Shown one piece after another: positions 53,950-62,408 of a stretch of DNA of 64,000 nt. The notes beneath the pieces were generated by a model, which did no database searches, had not been told where the DNA came from, and saw only the letters and a list, made by a program, of their open reading frames with translations. How positions within the stretch are numbered: position 1 is the stretch's first letter; every line of letters starts with the position of its first letter. Source of the DNA: Dermatophilaceae bacterium (GTDB lineage Bacteria > Actinomycetota > Actinomycetes > Actinomycetales > Dermatophilaceae); NCBI GenBank assembly GCA_051645525.1, contig JBOFBK010000518.1, forward strand, positions 4,013 to 68,012, in the 5' to 3' direction. The position numbers were made by a program, and so were the translations under genes.

Positions 53950-54111
53950 GTGAGCGATGCCGGCACGTCAGCCGTCGGCCCGCCAATCCGGCTCGTCCGC
54001 AGGATCCGCGGGGAAATCCGATGGGTCGTTGTCGGTACCCGCACCTAGAGTCGGAGCAGTCGTCCAGCACCGGGCCGCAGCGGCCCCTGGTGCACATCGT
54101 GAGGAGCACAC

Positions 54112-55125
54112 ATGACCGACGCAGTACGTGCCGAGGGCTTGGTCAAGACCTACACGTCCCGGTCCGGCGAGGTTCGCGCACTCGATGGGCTCGACCTGAC
54201 CGTAGCCGAGGGCACCGTGGTCGGTCTTCTCGGCCCCAACGGTGCCGGCAAGACGACGACGATCAAAGTGCTCACCACGCTGCTCGTCCCTGACGCCGGG
54301 TCGGCCACTGTCATGGGAACCGACGTGCTCGCCGACCCCAAGGCGGTCAAGCGCACCATCGGGGTCAGCGGACAGTACGCCGCCGTCGACGAGTACCTCA
54401 CCGGGTTCGAGAACCTCGACATGGTCGGGCGCCTCTACCACCTGGGAGCGGAGCGGTCGCGCCGCCGGGCGCACGAGCTGCTCGAGCAGTTCGGTCTCTC
54501 CGACGCCGCCGACCGTCCGGTCAAGGGCTACTCCGGCGGTATGCGCCGCCGCCTCGATCTCGCCGGCGCCCTCATCGCCCAGCCGCCGATTCTCTTCCTC
54601 GACGAACCCACCACGGGCCTCGACCCGCGCTCGCGGCTCGGCATGTGGCAGGTGATCACCGACCTCGTCCGCGGCGGCACCACTCTGCTGCTGACGACCC
54701 AGTACCTCGAGGAGGCCGACCAGCTGGCCGACCGGATCGCCGTCATCGACCACGGCACGGTCATCGCCGAGGGCACCTCCGACACGCTCAAGGCCCAGGT
54801 GGGTGGCGAGCGCGTGGAGGTCGTCGTCGCCGACGAGGCCGAGGTCGGCCGCGCCCGCGACGTGCTGGCCGGAGTCGGCATCGGCGAGGCGGTGGTCGAG
54901 AACCGCTCACGTCGGGTCACCGTGCCGGTCACCGGCGGTGCCACGGTGCTCGTGGATGCCGTCCGTCGGCTCGACGACGCAGGCGTCACCGTCTCCGACG
55001 TCGCGCTGCGCCGGCCGACCCTCGACGACGTGTTCCTCACCCTCACCGGCCGCGCCGCCGAGGAGACCGACGAGAACGGCGACATCGAGCGGGAGCTCGC
55101 GAACGCCGGAAAGGACGCCCGATGA
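54112..55125 (+). CDS. ABC transporter ATP-binding protein (DrrA-like)
   Basis: Walker [11 protein letters not shown], signature YSGGMRRRL, Walker [21 protein letters not shown]. Confidence 0.9.
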   Translation: MTDAVRAEGLVKTYTSRSGEVRALDGLDLTVAEGTVVGLLGPNGAGKTTTIKVLTTLLVPDAGSATVMGTDVLADPKAVKRTIGVSGQYAAVDEYLTGFENLDMVGRLYHLGAERSRRRAHELLEQFGLSDAADRPVKGYSGGMRRRLDLAGALIAQPPILFLDEPTTGLDPRSRLGMWQVITDLVRGGTTLLLTTQYLEEADQLADRIAVIDHGTVIAEGTSDTLKAQVGGERVEVVVADEAEVGRARDVLAGVGIGEAVVENRSRRVTVPVTGGATVLVDAVRRLDDAGVTVSDVALRRPTLDDVFLTLTGRAAEETDENGDIERELANAGKDAR

Positions 55126-55931
55126 GTGCCATCGCGCAGGCGGTCGGCGACGCCGCCACCGTCACCCGTCGCAACCTGATCAAGATCAAGCGGGTTCCCG
55201 ACCTGCTCGTCTTCACCACCCTGTCACCGATCATGTTCGTGCTGCTTTTCGCCTACGTCTTCGCCGGGGCGATCGGCACCCAGGACATCGGCGTCGACTA
55301 CAAAGAGTTCCTCGTCGCGGGGATCTTCGCCCAGACGGTCGTCTTCGGCAGCACGTTCAGCGGATTCAGCCTGGCCGAGGACCTCCAGAAGGGCTTCGTC
55401 GACCGGTTCCGTACGTTGCCGATGTCGCCCTCGGCGATGCTCTTCGGGCGCACCGCGTCCGACGTCGTCAACAACGTCATCAGCCTCGTCGTGATGGGGC
55501 TCACCGGCCTCGTCGTCGGCTGGCGCATCCGCAGCTCGTTCCTCGAGGCCCTTGCCGGTGCGCTGCTCCTGCTCCTCTTCGCCTACGCGCTGTCGTGGGT
55601 GATGGCCTACGTCGGCCTCATCGTCCGTACCCCGGAGGTCGTCAACAATGCGAGCTTCATCGTCATCTTCCCGCTGACGTTCATCGCCAACACCTTCGTC
55701 AGCTCCAGTACCTTGCCCGGTCCGCTCGAGACATTCGCGAACTGGAACCCGGTCTCCAGCGTCACCCAGGCCGCACGAGACCTGTTCGGCAACACCAACC
55801 CCGCGTTCCCGCCGCCCGACGCGTGGCCGCTGCAGAACCCCGAGGTCTACACGCTGATCTGGATCGCGATCATCCTCGCGATCTTCATCCCGCTCTCGAT
55901 CCGGCAGTACCAGCGCACCACCTCGCGCTGA
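55122..55931 (+). CDS. ABC-2 type transporter permease (DrrB-like)
   Basis: Six TM segments. ATGA overlap with the ATPase gene. Confidence 0.85.
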   Translation: MSAIAQAVGDAATVTRRNLIKIKRVPDLLVFTTLSPIMFVLLFAYVFAGAIGTQDIGVDYKEFLVAGIFAQTVVFGSTFSGFSLAEDLQKGFVDRFRTLPMSPSAMLFGRTASDVVNNVISLVVMGLTGLVVGWRIRSSFLEALAGALLLLLFAYALSWVMAYVGLIVRTPEVVNNASFIVIFPLTFIANTFVSSSTLPGPLETFANWNPVSSVTQAARDLFGNTNPAFPPPDAWPLQNPEVYTLIWIAIILAIFIPLSIRQYQRTTSR

Positions 55932-55954
55932 CCCGCCTTACGCTGGTCGGTGCC

Positions 55955-57472
55955 ATGAACGCACCGAAGACCTACGACGTGCGCACCCACGGGTGCCAGA
56001 TGAACGTGCACGACTCCGAGCGGCTCGCCGGCTTGCTCGAGAGCGTCGGCTACATCGACTATGCCTCGCTCCCGGCAGGTGAGCGGGCCGAGGTCGCCGA
56101 TGTCGTGGTGTTCAACACCTGTGCCGTGCGGGAGAACGCCGACAACAAGCTGTATGGCAATCTCGGCCAGCTCCGCCCGGCCAAGCAGCGCAACCCCGAC
56201 CTGCAGATCGCTGTCGGCGGCTGTCTGGCCCAGAAAGACCGCGCCGCGATCGTCGAGCGGGCGCCCTGGGTCGACGTCGTGTTCGGCACCCACAACGTTG
56301 GTAGCCTGCCGGCGCTCCTTAACCGGGCCCGCCACAACCGCCGCGCCGAGGTCGAGATCGCCGAGTCGCTCCAGGTGTTTCCCTCCACCCTGCCCGCCCG
56401 ACGCGACTCGGCGTTCAGCGCATGGGTGTCCATCTCGGTCGGTTGCAACAACACCTGCACGTTCTGCATCGTCCCCAGCCTGCGCGGCACCGAGCAGGAC
56501 CGGCGTCCCGGCGACGTACTCGCCGAGATCGAGGCGCTCGTCGCCCAGGGGGTCGTCGAGGTCACCCTCCTCGGGCAGAACGTCAACACCTACGGTGTCG
56601 AGTTCGGTGACCGGTTCGCGTTCGGCAAGCTGCTTCGGGCCTGCGGCGACATCGACGGCCTCGAGCGAGTGCGCTTCACCAGCCCCCACCCGGCCGCGTT
56701 CACCGACGACGTCATCGCGGCGATGGCCGAGACACCGAACGTCATGCCCAGCCTGCACATGCCGCTGCAGTCCGGCTCGGACCGCGTGCTCAAGGCGATG
56801 CGACGCAGCTATCGCAGTGAGCGCTTCCTCGGCATCCTCGAGAAGGTGCGTGCCGTCATCCCCGACGCCGCGATCACCACCGATCTCATCGTCGGGTTCC
56901 CGGGCGAGACCGAGCAGGATTTCGCTGAGACGCTGCGAGTCGTCGAGGCCTCGCGGTTCTCCAGCGCGTTCACGTTCCAGTACTCGAAGCGGCCGGGTAC
57001 ACCTGCCGCCTCGATGGCCGACCAGGTCCCGAAGGCCGTCGTCCAGGAGCGCTTCGACCGGCTGATCGCTCTCCAGGACGCGGTGTCCTGGGCCGAGAAC
57101 CGCCGGCGAGAAGGCCGCGACGTCGAGGTGCTCGTCGCGCCTGGGGAAGGTCGGAAGGACCGCGAGACCCACCGGTCGAGCGGTCGCGCGCGCGACAACC
57201 GTCTCGTGCACTTCGCGGTCCCCCAGGATGCCGAGCGACCGCGCCCGGGCGATGTCGTCACCGTCGGGGTCACCTACGGCGCTCCGCACCATCTCGTCGC
57301 CGACTCCGGGGTGAACGGCGGGCCGTACCTCGTGCGGCGTACCGCGGGCGGCGATGCGTGGGCGGCGCTCCAGGACGCTCCGGTTCCTCACACATCGGCC
57401 GTCGCCCTCGGTATGCCCTCGATCGGCATCCCCGAGCAGGCGGCGCAGCGAGCCACAGCCTGCACCACGTAG
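55955..57472 (+). CDS. miaB: tRNA-2-methylthio-N6-dimethylallyladenosine synthase
   Basis: [12 protein letters not shown]...NTCAVRE...GGCLAQ Cys triad, radical SAM motif [12 protein letters not shown] domain. Confidence 0.93.
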   Translation: MNAPKTYDVRTHGCQMNVHDSERLAGLLESVGYIDYASLPAGERAEVADVVVFNTCAVRENADNKLYGNLGQLRPAKQRNPDLQIAVGGCLAQKDRAAIVERAPWVDVVFGTHNVGSLPALLNRARHNRRAEVEIAESLQVFPSTLPARRDSAFSAWVSISVGCNNTCTFCIVPSLRGTEQDRRPGDVLAEIEALVAQGVVEVTLLGQNVNTYGVEFGDRFAFGKLLRACGDIDGLERVRFTSPHPAAFTDDVIAAMAETPNVMPSLHMPLQSGSDRVLKAMRRSYRSERFLGILEKVRAVIPDAAITTDLIVGFPGETEQDFAETLRVVEASRFSSAFTFQYSKRPGTPAASMADQVPKAVVQERFDRLIALQDAVSWAENRRREGRDVEVLVAPGEGRKDRETHRSSGRARDNRLVHFAVPQDAERPRPGDVVTVGVTYGAPHHLVADSGVNGGPYLVRRTAGGDAWAALQDAPVPHTSAVALGMPSIGIPEQAAQRATACTT

Positions 57473-57704
57473 GTGCGGCCGATAGGTGCAACTGTGCCAG
57501 GCCAGCTCGGCTGCCGCCGCGACAGGTCAGGTCGGCGCGGCCCTGAGGCGATCATCCGACCGGCGTGGGGCGGAGCACCATCAAGAAGCGTCTCGGTGGC
57601 GGGTCCGCGATGTTCTCGGCGGTGACCGCACGCCACCCGGTATACCGCCCCGGCGACCGCCGGCGGCCACGTCCCAGAGGCTCCTCTGGAGCTCCTCACG
57701 CACC

Positions 57705-57734
57705 GGTGCCCCCGACCGAATGGTCGGGGGCACC
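57705..57734. terminator. bidirectional hairpin between miaB and the convergent small gene
   Basis: Perfect 13-bp stem GGTGCCCCCGACC-GAAT-GGTCGGGGGCACC. Confidence 0.7.
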
Positions 57735-57752
57735 GATTCGTCAGCGGGATCG

Positions 57753-57944
57753 TCAGCCCTGGCCGACGGCCTCGTCACCCTTGGCCTGAGCGGTGTCGAC
57801 GTGCTCGGCGAACCTGCCGCCGGTGGCACTGTCGATGGCGTCGCCGCCCCGCTCGATGGCCTGGTCGCTCAACTGCTCGACCTTGTCGGGGTTGTCCTCG
57901 GCCAGCTGCTGAATCTTCTCCTTGGCGCTGTCGAAGATACTCAC
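57753..57944 (-). CDS. MT0933/Rv0909-like small 'antitoxin' family protein
   Basis: MSIFDSAKEKIQQLAEDNPDKVEQLSDQAIERGGDAIDSATGGRFAEHVD matches the DKAK...DKVE...DKAGD..D..TGG pattern of that family. 63 aa. Confidence 0.7.
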   Translation of the reverse strand: MSIFDSAKEKIQQLAEDNPDKVEQLSDQAIERGGDAIDSATGGRFAEHVDTAQAKGDEAVGQG

Positions 57945-58011
57945 GCCACCTCCTCACTCTCGTCGGACAGGGCACGCTCCCGCGAGGGAGCTGCGCACAG
58001 TTCACACCGGA

Positions 58012-59715
58012 TCAGGTGTGGGCGCCAGTGCTTTCGGGTATCGGGTCCAGCCTTTCGGGGAGGGATTCGAGCCAGGTGTGCACGAGCGGCACGACCGAGG
58101 CGCCTTCTCCGCTCGCCGAGGCCACCCGTTTCATCGACCCGGCGCGGATGTCGCCCACCGCGAACACGCCGGGGACAGTGGTGGCGAGATTGGCCGGCGG
58201 CCGACCCTCCGCCCACGCCGGTCGTGGCACGTCGCGACCGGTGAGCACGAAGCCGCGCTCGTCGCGCTCCACCTCGGCCGGCAGCCAGTCGCAGCGGGGT
58301 TCCGCGCCGAGCAGCAGGAAGAGCCCGCGACACGGCCGCCGCTCGGCGGCACCGCTGGTCGTGTCGCGCACCGTGACCCAGGCGAGCCGACCGTCGTCAT
58401 CCGCCCCGCCGTCGGTGACCTCGCTGCACGGCTGTACCCGGATCCGGTCGTTGACCGCGATCTCCTGGATGAGGTAGCTCGACATCGTCGCCTCGAGGCT
58501 CTCGCGCCGGATGAGGATCGTGACGGAGCGGGCGAAGCGGGCGAGATGGATCGCGGCCTGACCGGCCGAGTTGCCGCCACCGACGACAACGACCTCGGCG
58601 TCCTCGGTCTCCCGGGCCGCGGTCATCGCGCTGCCGTAGAACACACCGAGACCGACGAGCTCCTCGATCCCCGGCTTGCGCAGCCGGCGGTAGGTGACCC
58701 CTGCCGCTACGACGATCGTGCGTGCCCGCACCTCGCCACCGTCGGTGCGCAGCAGGTGCGGGGCCCCATCGACCCCCGGCACCAGCTCGTCGACCTCCCA
58801 GCCGGTGAAGAACCGGGTGCCGAAGCGGATCGCCTGGTTGCGAGCCCGCTGCGCGAGCCGCATCCCGGAGATGCCGCGGGGGAAGCCGAGGTAGTTGCGG
58901 ATCATCGACGAGGTGCCGGCCTGGCCGCCGACCGCCTCGGCCTCGAGCACCACGGTGGACAGGCCCTCGGATGACGCGTAGACCGCGGCCGCCAGGCCGG
59001 CCGGCCCGGCGCCGACGACCGCGACATCGGCCACGGTGTCGAGATCGACCTGGCTGGGCCGTCCGAACACGCGAAGCGTCACATCACGTACGCGGCTGGG
59101 CGTGAACACGTTCCCGTCGGCCGTCTGGACCAGCGGGAAGGCCGGAGCCCCACCAACGGCGGCCAGCAGCTCGCGCCCCGCCAGGCTGTCCGGCGGGTAG
59201 GCCCGGTTCGGGATCCCCATCCGGTCGAGCAGGTCCCGGATCTGGTTGGTGAGGGCGGTCGGCTGCGGCGTGACGATCCGCACGGTCTCCACCTCGGGCG
59301 CGGCGACGGTGGAGCCCCAGTCCGAGAGCAGCTCGGTGATCGCCGTGTGGAACTCCTCGTCGCGCACCCCGCGCGGCATGAGCAGGTAGGCGTCGTACTT
59401 GCCTTTCGCCAGCCCGGGTCGCAGCGGCCCGGCATCCTCGAGGAACACCGACCAGTGCGCGGCGATCACCCGCCTCGCGGTCGGCACGACAGCTCGCCAG
59501 CGGGCCAGCGCCTCGTAGGTGGAGCCGTCGGGGAGCCGGGACTCGCTGACGATGAGCGCGACCATGCCACCGGAGGCCACCACCTCCCTGGCGCAGGCCT
59601 CCGCCTCGGCGGCCGAGCGGGTCGTGCGGATGTCGTAGTCGCGCCGGTACCGGCCGAACTCGTCGGTCAGGGCGTCGGCGTGTCCGGGGGCGACGATCAG
59701 GATGATGGGCAGCAC
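58012..59715 (-). CDS. degenerate receiver-like domain fused to a thioredoxin-reductase-like FAD/NAD(P) flavoprotein lacking the CxxC redox centre
   Basis: N-terminus PIILIVAPGH...MVALIVSESRLPDGS (REC-like fold pattern without the canonical acidic residues). FAD motif VAVVGAGPAGLAAAVY. NAD motif VVVVGGGNSAGQAA. GVFAVGD. The CATC position reads FYGSAMTAA. Confidence 0.75.
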   Translation of the reverse strand: MLPIILIVAPGHADALTDEFGRYRRDYDIRTTRSAAEAEACAREVVASGGMVALIVSESRLPDGSTYEALARWRAVVPTARRVIAAHWSVFLEDAGPLRPGLAKGKYDAYLLMPRGVRDEEFHTAITELLSDWGSTVAAPEVETVRIVTPQPTALTNQIRDLLDRMGIPNRAYPPDSLAGRELLAAVGGAPAFPLVQTADGNVFTPSRVRDVTLRVFGRPSQVDLDTVADVAVVGAGPAGLAAAVYASSEGLSTVVLEAEAVGGQAGTSSMIRNYLGFPRGISGMRLAQRARNQAIRFGTRFFTGWEVDELVPGVDGAPHLLRTDGGEVRARTIVVAAGVTYRRLRKPGIEELVGLGVFYGSAMTAARETEDAEVVVVGGGNSAGQAAIHLARFARSVTILIRRESLEATMSSYLIQEIAVNDRIRVQPCSEVTDGGADDDGRLAWVTVRDTTSGAAERRPCRGLFLLLGAEPRCDWLPAEVERDERGFVLTGRDVPRPAWAEGRPPANLATTVPGVFAVGDIRAGSMKRVASASGEGASVVPLVHTWLESLPERLDPIPESTGAHT

Positions 59716-59805
59716 TTGCCGATCGTAGGTCGGCCGCGGCCCACCGGGGAGTCGGCCGCCGCCCACGGCCGAGCCGGCCGTCCCACTTCTGGAACAATCG
59801 GCGTC

Positions 59806-60411
59806 ATGACCGTGCGGCCCATCGTCATCGCCGGGGAACCCGTGCTGCACCGTCGCGCCGCGCCCGTGGCGGTCATCGACGACGGCATCCGCGAGCTCGT
59901 CGCCGACATGTTCGAGACCATGGATGCCGCGCGCGGCGTCGGTCTCGCCGCTCCGCAGATCGGCGTCGGGCTGCGCATCTTCACCTGGCAGCTCGAGAAC
60001 AGCGACGGCATCCCCCCGCGTGGGGTGGTCGTCAACCCGTACATCGCGTCGAGCAAGGCGCCGCCCGGTGACCCCGACCCCCACGAGGAGGTCGAGGGGT
60101 GTCTGTCCGTGCCGGGCGAGTCCTTCCCGCTGCGGCGCGGCGAGTCGGCGGTGCTCACCGGCCAGGGCCTCGACGGCGCGGACCTGCGTTACGAGGCCAC
60201 CGGCTGGTTCGCCCGCATGCTCCAGCACGAGTACGACCACCTCAACGGGTTCCTCTACGTCGACCGCCTCGATGCCAAACGGGGGAAAAAGGCCCGCAGG
60301 GTCGTCAAGGCGAATGGCTGGGGTGTTCCGGGCCTGACCTGGCAGCCGGGTGTCGACCGCGACCCCTTCGGCCACGACGAGAGCACGCCCGAGGCGGAGC
60401 GTGTCGACTGA
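59806..60411 (+). CDS. def: peptide deformylase
   Basis: Motifs GVGLAAPQIG, EGCLSVPG and QHEYDHLNG. Confidence 0.93.
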   Translation: MTVRPIVIAGEPVLHRRAAPVAVIDDGIRELVADMFETMDAARGVGLAAPQIGVGLRIFTWQLENSDGIPPRGVVVNPYIASSKAPPGDPDPHEEVEGCLSVPGESFPLRRGESAVLTGQGLDGADLRYEATGWFARMLQHEYDHLNGFLYVDRLDAKRGKKARRVVKANGWGVPGLTWQPGVDRDPFGHDESTPEAERVD

Positions 60412-61435
60412 CGGCGGGGAACACCGTCTCGACACCGACGAGGTACGCCGTCTCGACACCGACGCCTCTCGTCCGGCGGCGCCGGCTTCTTCCCTCGTCG
60501 TCGCCGTGGTGGGTCCGACCGCCACCGGCAAGAGTGACCTCGGGGTCCGGCTGGCTCGCCGGCTGGGCGGGGAGGTCGTGTCCGCCGACGCCAGCCAGCT
60601 CTACCGGGGCATGGATATCGGGACGGCCAAGCTGACCGCCGAGCAACGCCAAGGGGTCCCGCACCATCAGCTCGACGTGCTCGACGTCACCGACGAGGCG
60701 AGCGTCGCCGGCTACCAGCGGCACGCCCGGGCCGACGTCGACGCCGTGCTCGCCAGCGGCGGTGTCCCGATCGTCGTCGGGGGCAGCGGGCTGTATGTGC
60801 GTGCCCTGCTCGACCACCTCGACATCCCGCCCACCGACCCTGCGGTGCGCCGCCGGCTCGACGAACGGGCCGAGGCCGAGGGCACCGCCGCGCTGCTCGC
60901 GCAACTGCGGACCGTCGACCCCCGGGCGGCCGCGGCCGTCCACCCCGGCAACACGCGCCGCATCGTCCGAGCGCTCGAGGTGCTCGAGCTGACCGGGCGC
61001 CCGTTCTCGGCCACGATGCCAGTGCGCGAGTTCGTGCGGCCCACGGTGCTGGTCGGGCTGAGGGCCGACAGCCGAGCACTCGACCAGCGCATCGAGCGTC
61101 GTGCCGCGGCCATGTTCGAAGCCGGTCTGCTCGACGAGACCGAACGCCTGGTCCAGCGCGGGCTGCGCGAGGGCCGTACCGCCGGTCGAGCGGTCGGGTA
61201 CGCCCAGGCGCTCGCCGTGCTCGACGGGCGGATGACGACCGAGGATGCCGTGGCCGAGACCGCCGCACGGACCCGTCGGCTGGTGCGGCGCCAGGAGTCC
61301 TGGTTCGGTGCTGACCCGCGCGTGCGGTGGCTCGACGCCTTCGCACCCGGGCTGGACGAGCAGGTCCTGACCCTCGTCGAGGAGGCCGCGTCCGCCATCC
61401 GCCGCTCGGGATGGGACGATCGTGCCCATGGCTGA
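60401..61435 (+). CDS. miaA: tRNA dimethylallyltransferase
   Basis: P-loop VVGPTATGKSDLG, DASQLYRGMDIGTAK, VGGSGLY. The start is uncertain: GTG 60401 overlaps def by 11 nt. Confidence 0.88.
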   Translation: MSTDGGEHRLDTDEVRRLDTDASRPAAPASSLVVAVVGPTATGKSDLGVRLARRLGGEVVSADASQLYRGMDIGTAKLTAEQRQGVPHHQLDVLDVTDEASVAGYQRHARADVDAVLASGGVPIVVGGSGLYVRALLDHLDIPPTDPAVRRRLDERAEAEGTAALLAQLRTVDPRAAAAVHPGNTRRIVRALEVLELTGRPFSATMPVREFVRPTVLVGLRADSRALDQRIERRAAAMFEAGLLDETERLVQRGLREGRTAGRAVGYAQALAVLDGRMTTEDAVAETAARTRRLVRRQESWFGADPRVRWLDAFAPGLDEQVLTLVEEAASAIRRSGWDDRAHG

Positions 61436-62315
61436 CCGGCTCGCGTTCACCAAGGGGCACGGCACCGAGAACGACTTCGTCCTCGTGCCCGACCTCGACG
61501 CCACACTCGGCCTGTCCGCCGAGCGCGCCGCAGCGCTCGCCGACCGGCGCGCCGGCATCGGTGGGGACGGCGTCATCCGGGTGGTCCCGACAGCCGCCGC
61601 CGAGGAGGCCGTGCGCGCCCAGGCCGGGATCGCGCGGTGGTTCATGGATTACCGCAACGCCGACGGCAGTGTGTCGGAGATGTGCGGCAACGGCACCCGC
61701 GTGCTCGCCGAGTTCCTCCGCCGGGAGGGCTTGGAGACCGGCGAGGAGTTCTACGTCGCCACTCGGGCCGGCGCCAAGCGGGTACGCCGCGACGGTGACG
61801 GCTGGGCGGTCGACCTCGGCCCGTGGCGTCTGGCCCACGAGGAGGTCGCGCGCCGCGACGGCTTCGACTCCCTGGTCCACCTCGACGACGAGGACGACAT
61901 CCCCGACCCGTACTCGGCGCTGACCGTCGACGTCGGGAACCCGCACACGGTCGTGGCGATCCCCGAGACGGTCCCGCTCGACAGCGTCGACCTCTCCCGT
62001 GCTCCGGCGGTGAGACCGGAGCCGCCGCACGGCACCAACGTGGAACTGGTGCGCCCGATGGGGCCCGGTCACGTTACGATGCGCGTCCACGAGCGCGGCG
62101 TCGGCGAGACCAGGTCGTGCGGCAGCGGCGCCATCGCCGCAGCCGTCGCCACGAGCTTCTGGGCCGGCACCCTCGACGACGGCCCGGCGTGGCTGGTCGA
62201 TGTTCCCGGTGGGAGGCTCACGGTGCGTCTGCTGCCCGGGAACGGCGCCGAGCTTGCCGGTCCGGCCGTCATCGTCGCCGACGGCACGGTCGCCCTCTCG
62301 CTCCTCCCGGCCTGA
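61422..62315 (+). CDS. dapF: diaminopimelate epimerase
   Basis: FTKGHGTENDFV, catalytic Cys motifs EMCGNGTR and RSCGSGA. Alternative ATG start at 61428. Confidence 0.92.
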   Translation: MPMADRLAFTKGHGTENDFVLVPDLDATLGLSAERAAALADRRAGIGGDGVIRVVPTAAAEEAVRAQAGIARWFMDYRNADGSVSEMCGNGTRVLAEFLRREGLETGEEFYVATRAGAKRVRRDGDGWAVDLGPWRLAHEEVARRDGFDSLVHLDDEDDIPDPYSALTVDVGNPHTVVAIPETVPLDSVDLSRAPAVRPEPPHGTNVELVRPMGPGHVTMRVHERGVGETRSCGSGAIAAAVATSFWAGTLDDGPAWLVDVPGGRLTVRLLPGNGAELAGPAVIVADGTVALSLLPA

Positions 62316-62408
62316 GACCGGGCGACGTCGCGGCGTCGCAGCGCCGGTGATGTCGCCGGGCCGACCGCTCGACGCATCACCCGACGCCCGAGATCGACGT
62401 CGACACCG

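Noticed and set aside
57674-57689. CCAGAGG-CT-CCTCTGG inverted repeat as a second terminator after miaB
   Set aside because: A 2-nt loop is sterically unfavourable. The stronger 13-bp hairpin 30 nt downstream explains termination.
57565-57789. 74-aa ORF starting MGRSTIKKRLGG, considered as a small basic ribosomal-type protein (bS22-like)
   Set aside because: Only the first few residues resemble it. The rest is Pro/Arg-rich low complexity, overlaps the terminator hairpin and the convergent small gene, and has no RBS.
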